Assembly (NCBI GenBank): GCA_951406725.2
Contig: OX597817.1
Span: 169,012,001 to 169,076,000, forward strand
Length of the DNA stretch: 64,000 nt
Direction: 5' to 3'
From: Octopus vulgaris
Taxonomy: Eukaryota
Numbering within the stretch: position 1 is the first letter of the stretch; each line of letters opens with the position of its first letter. Positions 25,603-37,153 of this stretch are shown here, piece after piece. A model generated the notes under the pieces. The model made no database searches, was not told where the DNA came from, and saw only the letters and a program-made list of their open reading frames with translations. A program made the translations under genes and the position numbers.

Positions 25603-27925
25603 TCATCATCATCATCGTTTAACGTCCGCTTTCCATGCTAGCATGGGTTGGACGGTTCAACTGGGGTCTGGGAAGCCCGAAGGCTGCACCAGGCCAGTCA
25701 GATGTGGCAGTGTTTCTACAGCTGGATGCCCTTCCTAACGCCAACCACTCCGAGAGTGTAGTGGGTGATTTTATGTGCCACCGACACAGGTGCCAGACGA
25801 GGCTGGCAGACGGCCACGCTCGGATGGTGTTTTTTATGTGCCACCGACACAGGTGCCAGACGAGGCTGGCAGACGGCCACGCTCGGATGGTGTTTTTTAT
25901 GTGCCACCGACACAGGTGCCAGACGAGGCTGGCAGACGGCCACGCTCGGATGGTGTCTTTTATGTGCCACCGACACAGGTGCCAGACGAGGCTGGCAGAC
26001 GGCCACGCTCGGATGGTGTTTTTTATGTGCCACCGACACAGGTGCCAGACGAGGCTGGCAGACGGCCACGCTCGGATGGTGTTTTTTATGTGCCACCGAC
26101 ACAGGTGCCAGACGAGGCTGGCAGACGGCCACGCTCGGATGGTGTTTTCTTATGTGTCACCGACACAGGTGCTAGACGAGGCTGGCGGACGGCCACGCTC
26201 GGATGGTGTTTGTTACGTGCCCTCAGCACGGAGGCCAGTCATTGCGGTACTGGCTACGGTCACGTTCGGATGGTTTTCTTATGTGCCACCGGCACTGGTA
26301 CCACAAGGATACAAATTCCATTGATGTTCATCTATTTTGATTTGGTTCGATTTGATTTGATACGATTCGATTCTCACTTGCCTCAACAGGTCTTCACAAG
26401 TGTCACAAGAAGGAAGGTATGCACAGGTGGACTGACTACGTCCCAGGTAGGGGCCACGGATTATGGCTTCACTAGTCTTGCCGGGTCTTCTCACGCACAG
26501 CATACTTCCATAGGTCTCGGTCTCTAGTCATTTCCATGGTGAGACCTAACGTCCGAAGGTCGTGCTTCACCACCTCGTCCCAGGTTTTCCTGGGTCTACC
26601 TCTTCCACGGGTTCCCTCAACTGCTAGGGATTGGCACTTTCTCACACACCTCTCTTCATCCATTCTCGCCACATGACCATACCAGCGCAATCGTCTCTCT
26701 TGCACACAACAACTGATGCTTCTTAGGTACAACATTTCTCTCAAGGTACTAACGCTCTGTCGAGTAAGTACACTGACATTACACATCCATCGGAGCATAC
26801 TGGCTTCGTTCCTCACGAGCTTACGCATGTCCTCAGCAGTCACGGCCCATGTTTCACTGCCATGTAGCATAGCTGTTCGTACACATGCATCATACAGTCT
26901 GCCTTTTACTCTGAGCGAGAGGCCTTTAGTCACCAGCAGAGGTAAGAGCTCCCTAAACTTTGCCCAGGCTATTCTTATTCTAGCAGTTACACTTTCAGCG
27001 CACCCACCCCCACTACTGACTTGGTCACCTAGATAGCGGAAACTATCAACTACTTCTAGTTTTTCCCCCGGAAAGTGACAGAAGTTGTTTTCTGCAGATT
27101 TTCGGAGGTCAGTGCTCCAGAGCACCTGCCACATACAAAAACTATCTTCCCAGTTAGCCTACCTTGACATTGCTGCACCTCTTATGTGTCCATAGCTTAC
27201 ACTGGGTACATCTTATAGAGTTTCTACCTACACCTTTTCTACAGATCGAGCAGGGCCATCTTCCTGATGATATTTGTGGGTTTTCTACCTTTCTACTTAT
27301 TAGTACTTTGGTTTTAGCTAGGTTGACTCTAAGGCCCCTCGATTCTAAACCCTCCTTCCACACCTGGAACTTCTCCTCCAGTTCTGATAGTGACTCAGCG
27401 ATTAGAGCGAGGTCGTCAGCATAGAGGAGCTCCCAGGGGCAACCTGTCTTGAATTCCTCCGTTATTGCCTGGAGGACTATGATAAATAGGAGGGGGCTGA
27501 GTACTGAACCCTGGTGGACCCCAACCTCTACTTTGAATTCTTCTGTGTACATGTTGCCAACTCTAACCTTACTTACGGCATCTCTGTACATGGCTTGCAC
27601 AGCCCTCACCAGCCATTCATCTATCCCTAGTTTCCTCATTGACCACCAGATGAGGGATCGGGGGACCCTATCAAAGGCTTTCTCCATGTCAACAAAAGCC
27701 AGGTACAGGGGCTTATCCTTGGCTAGGTATTTCTCCTGCAGCTGCCTTACCAGGAATATAGCATCAGTGGTGCTTTTCCCTGGGACAAACCCAAACTGCA
27801 TCTCATCTAAACTAACTCTCTCTCTAATTAGTTGGGCTAAGACCCTCTCCGTAACCTTCATTACCTGATCCAACAGCTTGATACCTCTGTAATTATTTGT
27901 ATCCAGGGCATCACCTTTACCTTTG
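25603..27925 (-). mobile_element. 5'-truncated RTE-clade LINE (RT, C-terminus, long 3' UTR, (GAT)n tail)
   Basis: RT motifs QFGFVPGKSTTDAIF, AFVDMEKAFDRV, GVHQGSVLSP, LLYADDLAL, FRYLG; RTE-type C-terminus RRLRWYGHVARM...RGRPRKTW; two frameshifts near 27070-27165; flanked by (TA)n. Confidence 0.93.
25770..26295 (-). repeat. 63-bp tandem array within the RTE 3' UTR
   Basis: Units start at about 25774, 25837, 25900, 25963, 26026 and 26089 (near-identical) plus three diverged units. Confidence 0.93.
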
Positions 27926-28122
27926 TATGTATATATATATATATGTATATATATATGTATATATATATATATCTGTATATATATATATGTATATATATAT
28001 AATTAATTAATAAGGGTGAGAGAATTAGATACTAATTTAATAGTATACCTATTCAACACCAAGTGGCCCAGTGCCCCGAGAAACCTGGATTATTATAATA
28101 TATATATGTGTATATATATATG

Positions 28123-28155
<33 letters not shown>

Positions 28156-28176
28156 GTATATGTATATATATATATG

Positions 28177-28221
<45 letters not shown>

Positions 28222-28234
28222 GTATATATATATG

Positions 28235-28303
<69 letters not shown>

Positions 28304-28362
28304 ATGTATATATGTATATATATATATGTATATATATATTTATGTATATATATGTATATATA

Positions 28363-28393
<31 letters not shown>

Positions 28394-28528
28394 GTGTGTA
28401 TATATATATATATGTGTGTATATATATATATATGTGTGTGTATATATATATGTGTGTGTATATATATATATGTGTGTGTATATATATATATGTGTGTGTA
28501 TATATATATATATGTGTGTATATATATA

Positions 28529-28575
<47 letters not shown>

Positions 28576-28582
28576 ATATATA

Positions 28583-28639
<57 letters not shown>

Positions 28640-28663
<24 letters not shown>

Positions 28664-28830
28664 GTTTCAGCCAGTGTTGGCCCAGGCCATGACTAACTTA
28701 ATAGCACCACATGGAGATGGCTTTTAATCATGTTTTATGTTAGAGTCATACTTTCAAAGATGATTAAATGTCATCTCCAGGTGGTGCTATTAAATTAGTA
28801 TGGCCTAGGCCATACAACTCGCCAAAACCT
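28640..28830. repeat. imperfect fold-back element next to (TA)n/(GA)n
   Basis: ggcccaggccatgactaacttaatagcaccac...aatcat pairs with atgatt...gtggtgctattaaattagtatggcctaggcc. Confidence 0.7.
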
Positions 28831-29036
28831 AAGACAGATGTGTGTATGTATGTATAAATGTACATATATTAATATTACACTCTCACACAGAATTTATTTC
28901 ATAAGCCCCTTTACCACTTTGATACTCTGTGTGTGTGTGTTTTCACTAATATTCTTGTTTTTCTTGAGAGTTCAATTGAGAATATCTTTACGGAGCTTTT
29001 AACTGGTAGCACTTGCATGTGCAAGTTGTTTGCAAG

Positions 29037-30124
29037 ATATAAAAGTGAAGTTGTGTGTCTGTCTCCTACGATTTAGATTCCTAACTACTCCCACATTTTG
29101 CGGTGCAGTTTAACCAAAACCGGGTATCTTATAGTTGTGATTCATATCGAGCCCTTCTGGGTATTAGCGCGTGTCTACGATGAGTCTACGATTTAAAAAA
29201 AATTTAACATTAAAATTTTCTGTTTTAATGCATTTTTTCGCTATTATATAAGGGAAGTAACTCTCTAAAAATGTCTACGATGAGTCAACGATTTAAAAAA
29301 AAATTTACCATCATTTTTTTCCATTTTAATGCATTTTTTCGCTATTATATAAGGGAAGTATCTCTAAAAATGTCTACGATGAGTCAACGATTTAAAAAAA
29401 AATTTACCATCATTTTTTTCCATTTTAATGCATTTTTTCGCTATTATATAAGGGAAGTAACTCTCTAAAAATGTCTACGATGAGTCAACGATTTAAAAAA
29501 AAATTTACCATCATTTTTTTCCATTTTAATGCATTTTTTCGCTATTATGTAAGGGAAGTATCTCTAAAAATGTCTACGATGAGTCAACGATTTAAAAAAA
29601 AATTTACCATCATTTTTTTCCATTTTAATGCATTTTTTCGCTATTATATAAGGGAAGTATCTCTAAAAATGTCTACGATGAGTCAACGATTTAAAAAAAA
29701 TTTACCATCATTTTTTTCCATTTTAATGCATTTTTTCGCTATTATATAAGGGAAGTATCTCTAAAAATGTCTACGATGAGTCAACGATTTAAAAAAAAAT
29801 TTACCATCATTTTTTTCCATTTTAATGCATTTTTTCGCTATTATATAAGGGAAGTATCTCTAAAAATGTCTACGATGAGTCAACGATTTAAAAAAAAATT
29901 TACCATCATTTTTTTCCATTTTAATGCATTTTTTCGCTATTATATAAGGGAAGTATCTCTAAAAATGTCTACGATGAGTCAACGATTTAAAAAAAATTTA
30001 CCATCATTTTTTTTCCATTTTTAATGCATTTTTTTTTTTTGCTATTTTTTGGCTATAACTCTCTAAAAATGCTTATATAGTTATTTCCCTTACAAACCCG
30101 AGCAACGCCGGGCGATACTGCTAG
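29037..30124 (+). mobile_element. non-autonomous Helitron-like element with internal satellite
   Basis: 3' hairpin cccgagcaacgccggg followed by CTAG (30121-24) then T; 5' region shared with the copy at 55941. Confidence 0.8.
29172..30030 (+). repeat. about 99-bp tandem array, roughly 8.5 units
   Basis: Unit aaaatgtctacgatgagtcaacgattt...cgctattatataagggaagtatctct. Confidence 0.95.
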
Positions 30125-30420
30125 TTATAACTATAACTTATTATTGGGATAGCCAGAATGCTGATGCCAATTACCTTGTTTTTCCATTTAGTTCTATTTC
30201 CAGTATTAATCTAATTCTTCAGTAATATTTCTTCATCTTTTCAGTCATTTGTGTGTAAGTTGTGCAATGTCTTGCTCATTGATTCTCGACTATTTTGTAT
30301 GTCTGCTTTTGACCTACTTTTCTTATCGTAGTTTCTTTATCTAGCATGATATTAGTATCTTTAATTAATTTTCCTCTCTTCAAAGTTGCTTTGGCACAGT
30401 CTTCTATATTATTATTATTC

Positions 30421-30640
30421 AGTAGTTTTATTTTTATAGTGTGCTTTCACTTCACTACCGAGCGCAGCTCTGTGTGCCTTGGGTATGTGCTGTGATTTGT
30501 TGTGATGCTCTGATGGTTATTGTATGGAAAGTGTTCTGCGTAGGATGTGTGCAGTGCCTAGTAGTGCAATTTTCTGTATGTTATATGTGTTTGTAAGTCC
30601 TGGTGTTTTTGTTATGTATTTGTCTGATTATTTGTCTGAT
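30421..30640 (-). mobile_element. R4/Dong-like LINE 3' end
   Basis: Minus-strand KYITKTPGLTNTYNIQKIALLGTAHILRRTLSIQ*, the typical C-terminus of RLE LINEs; flanked by (ATT)n. Confidence 0.75.
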
Positions 30641-30642
30641 AA

Positions 30643-30699
<57 letters not shown>

Positions 30700-30726
30700 T
30701 ATTATTATAATCATTATTTATTATTA

Positions 30727-30970
30727 AGGTGGCAAGCTGGCAGAAACGTTAGCACGCCAGGCGAAATGCTTAGCAGTATTTCGTCTGCCGCTACGTTCTG
30801 AGTTCAAATTCCGCCGAGGTCGACTTTGCCTTTCATCCTTTCGGGGTCGATTAAATAAGTACCAATTACGCACTGGGGTCGATATAATCGACTTAATTCG
30901 TTTGTCTGTCCTTGTTTGTCCTTTGAACTCAGAACGTAGCGGCAGACGAAATACAGCTAAGCATTTCGTT
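30727..30970 (+). mobile_element. SINE family A ending in an inverted copy of its own 5' part
   Basis: After ...gtttgtcc the sequence switches to tttgaactcagaacgtagcggcagacgaaatac, the reverse complement of 30776-30809. Confidence 0.8.
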
Positions 30971-31215
30971 CAGGCCGTACTTTTCACAATAGACGAACTT
31001 AGCCACGATATTATGCCTCCTTTTGTAGTGCTTCTAGGCCAGCTTGCTACACTCACTCACAATATGTGAGATTGTTTCGTTTCTTCTGCCATACATCCCA
31101 CAAAGGGGCACTTCACTACATTTATCTATTTGGAACTTGGTGTAATTAGTTCTCAGAGCTTGTTCCTGGATGCTATCATCATCATCATCCTCATCATCAT
31201 CATTATTATTATTAT

Positions 31216-31478
31216 CTTTTTTTTTCTTCTTCTTTCAAATTTGCTTCCATTTCTTGCCGAGCGTCTTCCCGACTCCTAGGGCAAAGAAACTCATAGTATA
31301 CATTGGTAGGCCATTAAACCAAACTCAATAGTTCGTTCATTTTTTTTTTTAAAGTTAAATTAAAATACATGGGTAGCAATAGTTCTCACATCGACAATGC
31401 TCTTCTCAATACATGTGATGTACCAGTTAAGACAATCTTTTGCACTTCTTGCAGGGATGGTAATGTACTGGAAAGTCC

Positions 31479-31480
<2 letters not shown>
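31216..31480 (-). mobile_element. R4/Dong-like LINE 3' end (second subfamily)
   Basis: LPSLQEVQKIVLTGTSHVLRRALSM*; (ATT)n on both sides. Confidence 0.75.
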
Positions 31481-31511
<31 letters not shown>

Positions 31512-31518
31512 CATTATT

Positions 31519-32119
31519 CTATGTTTGACTTTTGCTTTATGTCTGTACAAGTTGGCTCCAAGTCTCACCCAGAGACCTCAAGAGACAACAGGTTGGAAGT
31601 TCTGTGCCATATATTTGGGGGATTTTTTTGGGGTTTTTTTGGTGTTGTACTAGTGAATTTCTAATACATAAAAAAAAAATAGAAAAAAATAAATAAATAA
31701 AAAAAAAGAAGTTTGTTTTAAACCTTGGGATTACATAGAGAGTATTTTGCGTAGGATATGAGCAGTTCCCATGAGCACTATCTTTTGAATTTCTGCCATT
31801 TTGGGGGTTTCCTGGTATCTGAGTTAGGTAGCAATCAGTCCCTTTCGCTATCATTCCCAGGGCACCTATGACAACAGGTATTGTTTTAGTCTTCAGCTTC
31901 CACATTTTGCTGATTTCTATTTCAAGATCTTTATATTTGCTCAGTTTTTGGTAGGTCTTGACAGATACGTTTATATCGATTGGGACAGTCATGTCAATGA
32001 GGAGGCATGTTCTTTGTCTGAAGTCTTTCAATATGATGTCTGGCCTATTTGCATCTATCTTCCTGTCAGTTTGAATGGTGAAGTTCCAGAGGAGTGAGAT
32101 GTGGTCATTTTCAAGCACA

Positions 32120-32121
<2 letters not shown>
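31519..32121 (-). mobile_element. R4/Dong-like LINE fragment with restriction-like endonuclease domain
   Basis: LLWNFTIQTDRKIDANRPDIIL...LLIDMTVP...KLSKYKDL...IPVVIGALG is the PD-(D/E)xK RLE domain; (ATT)n on both sides. Confidence 0.88.
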
Positions 32122-32171
<50 letters not shown>

Positions 32172-32432
32172 TATTATTATTAAGGTGGTGAGCTGGCAGA
32201 GTTGTTAGAGTGTCAGAAAAAATACTTTGCAAAATTTCTTCTGGCTCTTTATGTTCTGAGTTCAATCACTACCAAGGTCAACTTTGCCTTTTATCCTTTT
32301 GGATCAGTAAAATAAAGTACCAGTTAATTAGTGGGGCCAATGCTATTGACTTTCCCCTTCCTTCAAAATTGTGCCTAGTGCACAATAATAATATGAAGAT
32401 GAAGATGAAGAAGAATTTATTATTAAGTTATT

Positions 32433-33492
32433 ATTACTTCCGCCTTAGCAAAGGCAGAGGTATTGTTTTCAGTCGTGTTCGTTTGTTTGTTTGCTTGCCC
32501 GTGGACAAGATATCTTAAGAACCACTGGATGGATTCGGATGAAACTTTCAGGGATGTTTGGTCTTGTGACTGGCACAAACTGATTAAATTTTGGGATCGA
32601 TCCAATACCAGACAAGGATTCTGGATTATTTGTTATATTTACTTCATGTGAAGTATTACAATCTTACGTTGACTTTCAAGTCTTTCTCTGATTATCTCCC
32701 TTGAAAGCATGCTCATGGGTTCCACGTAACTTATGGCAGCGTTGCTGTTTCCAGAGTTTTATTTTCGTTTCTCTATTATTAATTTTACTCATGTCTCTAT
32801 CTTAGTAGAAACTGATGGATAAAGAAATCAAACTATATATACAAATGGCAGCAAAATCATTCAGAAATTAAATAACACTAACATATTCAGTAACAATAAA
32901 TCTAATTTATCCTCGACAATTTTTAGTTTTACCGATTTTGAATATATTGCTCCTGTTTAAAACCTCTTACCTACTTGACAATTGCATTTCAAGCTCTGCT
33001 TTGAAGAAAGCTTTACTTCTTGGACTCACATTTTTGTACGCAATGACATTGTTAAACCTCTGTTAATAGCACTGTATGCAAATCCTTTCCTTTTTCTTTT
33101 GTGCACGGATAAATATTTCACTTTCAACCTTAATGGTTGTAAAGACACTATATCAGTGGATAGACTAAAAAAGGCCTTCATTGAGAAAACTGTCCCTGTT
33201 CCCACTACAGACAACACACACAGAGCCTAGCAAAGACACCCACCTTCACACACCAACGTTCACATTCCATGACTACCATTGGGCTTGGTCAGGTACTAGA
33301 CAAAGATTCAGGATTATTTTTCTGTTTTTTTTACTTAATTCTTAAGAGCAGTCAGGTTCATTTTTAAGATTCTCGTTTGTGAGAGCAATCGAGTTTATTT
33401 CAGATATTCTCATTTTAAAAATCATCTCTGGCTAATCGTTGAGAGGCATTGGTGTTGCCTTGGCAGAGGTTTGCGCTCACTGAGTGCTCTTG
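32433..33492 (+). mobile_element. Helentron-associated (HINE/DINE-1-like) non-autonomous element with internal insert
   Basis: Subterminal inverted repeats acttccgcc / ggcagaggt, (GTTT)n near the 5' end, 3' hairpin gcgctc-act-gagtgc; flanked by T-rich/(ATT)n sequence. Confidence 0.55.
32990..33230 (+). mobile_element. Gypsy integrase C-terminal relic
   Basis: THIFVRNDIVKPLLIALYANPF...DTISVDRLKKA matches the Gypsy THVFVRxD...YxGPF...VSxDRLKPA motif. Confidence 0.7.
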
Positions 33493-34065
33493 TTGTTGTT
33501 ATTACTATTATTATTATTATTATTATTATTAAGGTGGTGAGCTAGCAGAATCTAAGCCCAGTGAAAGAACTCGGAAGGTTGGGCCCCCAACCAGGCCTTT
33601 TGCAATACCCTTAAAGTCAGGAACTTTTCAGCATCCCCTCGTACATGGGTGCATGTTCTAGTCCTTGTACAACACAGTGATTTTTACAGCAATGGCAGTT
33701 TTAAATTCTAAGAGTCTGTAGCTTGCAAGCATTTTATAACGAACTGTTGTTGCAACATCCTGTTCCTTGTGATGCAGCCTGTTGATAGAGAGGGTTTTAC
33801 TGGCCTCTGCTCTATGAACTACAACCATCCAGTTTTGCTTGGTTGAATATGCTGTATGAACCACACACGCATGGGTAGACAGGTATATTGTATGATGCTT
33901 CAGGCTTGCACATTATAATCAACAGCCTTTCCTTCCATTTGCAGCTTGTTTCATTATTCTGCATAATACTCCAAGTCTCTTTCCATCTGTTGTTATTTAC
34001 TGTGAGCCCGTTGTATCCTTAGCTATTAGTAACTATATTTTTGAGCTCTCTCTCTCTCTCTCTCT

Positions 34066-34280
34066 CTTTACTCTTTTACTTGTTTCAGTCATTTGACTGC
34101 AGCCATGCTGGAGCACCGCCTTTAATCGAGCAACTCGATCCCGGGACTTATTCTTTTGTAAGCCCAGTACTTATTCTATTGGTCTCTTTTGGCAAACCGC
34201 TAAGTAACGGGGACATAAACACACCAGCATCGATTGTCAAGCAATGCTAGGGGACAAACACAGACACACAAACACACACA

Positions 34281-34322
<42 letters not shown>

Positions 34323-34475
34323 TACGACGGGCTTCTTTCAGTTTCCGTCTACCAAATCCACTCACAAGGCTTTGGTCGGCCTGAGGCTATAGTAGAAGAC
34401 AATTGCCCGAGGTGCTACGCAGTGGGACTGAACCCGGAACCATGTGGTTGGTAGACAAGCTACTTACCACACAGC
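34066..34475 (-). mobile_element. SINE family B
   Basis: Homologous to the 15743 copy. Confidence 0.85.
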
Positions 34476-34546
34476 ACCTAGAACGTTACCCTCCCAGGCA
34501 CAAGTATTAATTTATCGCACAAAATATACCTGTTAGAAAATTTTTA

Positions 34547-34755
34547 TACTCGTCTGGCACCTGTGTCGGTGGCACATAAAATCACCCACTACACTCTCGG
34601 AGTGGTTGGCCTTAGGAAGGGCATCCAGCTGTAGAAACACTGCCAGATCTGACTGGCCTGGTGCAGCCTTCGGGCTTGCCAGACCCCAGTTGAACCGTCC
34701 AACCCATGCTAGCATGGAAAGCGGACGTTAAACGATGATGATGATGATGATGATG
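34547..34755 (+). mobile_element. RTE 3'-tail fragment (one partial 63-bp unit)
   Basis: Nearly identical to the reverse complement of 25603-25800; ends in (GAT)n. Confidence 0.85.
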
Positions 34756-35145
34756 AACACAAACACAGGCACACACACACTCTTGGTGGCATCGAATGGC
34801 TGAGAAGTTTAACTCCTTAGCATTCAGATTATGCTATCAGATAACTTAACTATTTACATTGTTTTGGTTTAATCATGCACTGTCTCATTGCTTCTAGATT
34901 TTCAAATAGGTGCAGGTATGGCTGTGTGGTAAGAAACTTGCTTCCCAACCACATGGTTCCAGGTTCAGTTGCTTGGGCAAGTGTCTTCTATTATAGCCTT
35001 GGGCCAACCAAAGCCTTGGAAGTGGATTTGGTACATGGAAACTGAAAGAAACCCTTCATATATATATATATGAGTCAATGACACCATTATCTCTTATAAC
35101 CTCAACTTCTTGCTGTATATATATGTGTGTGTGTGTGTGTGTGTG

Positions 35146-35478
35146 CAGGCGCATGGCTCAGTGGTTAGAGCATCAAGCTTATGATCACGAGGTTGTGAGT
35201 TCAAATCCCAGACCCGGCTGTGTGTTGTGTTCTTGAGCAAGATACTTTATTTCACGTTGCTTCAGTTCACTCAGCTGTAGAAATGAGTTGCGGCGTCACA
35301 GGTGCCAAGCTGTATCGGTCGTTGCCTTTCCCTTGGATAACACTGGTGGCATGGAGAGGGGAGGCCGGTATGCGTGGGTGACTGCTGGTCTTCCATAAAC
35401 AAACTTGCCCGGGCTTGTGCCTGAGAGGGTAACGTTCTAGGTGCAATCCCGTGGTCAGTCATGACTGAAGGGGGTCTC
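35146..35478 (+). mobile_element. SINE family C-related
   Basis: tRNA-like head ggcgcatggctcagtggttagagc...gagttcaaatccc. Confidence 0.75.
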
Positions 35479-35600
35479 AATAGATATACATATATATATA
35501 TATATATGTATAGTTAATCCAAACATGGAAACACAACAACGCGAGGACGTGGAACAAGTATAGTGTTATTGGACACTCAGGAAAGAAGGAAAGAAGGAGG

Positions 35601-35635
35601 GTTTAACGTTTCAAGCGGAGCTCTTCATCAGAAAC
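35601..35635 (-). ncRNA. minimal hammerhead-like motif (second copy of the 17802 family)
   Basis: Minus strand GTTT-CTGATGA-A-GAGC tcc GCTT-GAAA-CG-TT-AAAC; within this motif it differs from the first copy only at core position 7. Confidence 0.55.
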
Positions 35636-36518
35636 ATAGGTAAAGGTAAATGTATATATCTATATGTGTGTGTTTTTGTATTTTCGTGTGTTTGTCCCCA
35701 CCACCACCAGCAGTTAACAACCAGTGTTGGTGTGTTTGCATCCCCATAACTTAGCTGTTCAGCTAAAGTGACCAATAGAATAAGTTCCAGGCTTAAAATG
35801 TAAGTCCTGGTGCCGATTCATTTGACTGAAAAATCAAGGCGGTGCCCCAGTATGGCCGCAGTCTTGATAATGACTGAAACAAGTAAAAGATAAAAGATAT
35901 CTCATTGCTTCTAGATTTTATACAAAGTGATTATTTGTTTTTAGAATAACATTGTAGGATAGGTATGAGAAGCCAGATCTGGCCAGTTTGGACATAAAAC
36001 AGGCAGAATATTTGGGCCAGACATGACTGGTTTAAATGCCAAAGGGTTAATGTCAGAAAAAGAGAATAAAAATTACTGTCAAAGTGTTGTTAATGAAAAC
36101 TCACTTGATTGAATTTTTAATTGCAATTTTCTTTCTTTATTAGATTATCAAAGGAATAGGGCTGGGAGTTAGTGAGTCTGGTGTATTGGCATTTTAGGCT
36201 GCAGAAGGGAAAACAATAAGAGAACACAGGCTGGGAGAAAATTTCAGAGATATTCAGTTCTGGAGAGGAAGATGAATAGGGTAAAAAAATTGTTTGTTTC
36301 GGGGTTTGGGAAAGACTATTCCAATGTAAATGAAAATAGAAAAAGAGACAAAAAAAAAAGAACACCCCAGTCCTGTGGTTTCAGGTTCCACCCTACAGTG
36401 TGGTACCATGGGCAAAGTTCTATAGTCTTGGGCTGACCAAAGCCTCATGAGTGGATTTGAAAGAAACCTGTCACACACACGCATGCGCGCGCGCACACAC
36501 ACACACACATACACACAC

Positions 36519-36900
36519 CATGATGATGATGATCACCATCGTTTAACATCCATTTTCCATGCTTGCATGGGTTGGACAGTTCGACTGGGCTCTGGGAAGC
36601 CAGGAGGCTGCACCGGGCTCCAGTCTGATCAGGCAATGTTTCTACAGCTGGATCCCCTTCCTAACGCCAACCACTCCATGAGTGTAGTGGATGCTTTTTA
36701 TGTGTCACCTGCACAGGTGTCAGGAGAGGCTGGCAGTGACTACAATCGGTTGGTGTTTTTTATGTGCCACCGGCATGGAAGCCAGTCAGGGTGGCGCTGG
36801 CTTCGGCCACGTTCGGATGGTTCTTTTTACGTGCCACCGGTACAGGTATTACAACTACAATTTCCATTTGATGTTTATTTTGATGTTGATGTACTTATAT
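36519..36900 (-). mobile_element. RTE 3'-tail fragment (about 3 repeat units)
   Basis: Same tail and diverged units of about 63 bp. Confidence 0.8.
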
Positions 36901-36908
36901 ATGTACTT

Positions 36909-36974
<66 letters not shown>

Positions 36975-37153
36975 CGCAGGAGTGGCTGTGTGGTAAGTAG
37001 CTTGCTAACCAACCACATGGTTCCGGGTTCAGTCCCACTCCGTGGCATCTTGGGCAAGTGTCTTCTGCTATAGCCTCGAGCCGACCAATGCCTTGTGAGT
37101 GGATTTGGTAGACGGAAACTGAAAGAAACCTGTCGTATATATATATATATATA

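Noticed and set aside
25635-26527. Repetitive 130-250-aa ORFs and CRISPR-like periodicity (also 61663-62555 and 29271-30024)
   Set aside because: The units are contiguous tandem repeats with no unique spacers, there are no cas genes and the context is eukaryotic; the ORFs follow from unit lengths near a multiple of three.
33600-34030. Possible hAT transposase relic on the minus strand (GYNG-like motif)
   Set aside because: Too degenerate to support by eye; needs a translated search.
36143-36200. Acceptor-like site followed by IIKGIG, considered as the missing IMMP2L exon
   Set aside because: No KR...EGD motif, an in-frame stop follows and the phase does not fit.
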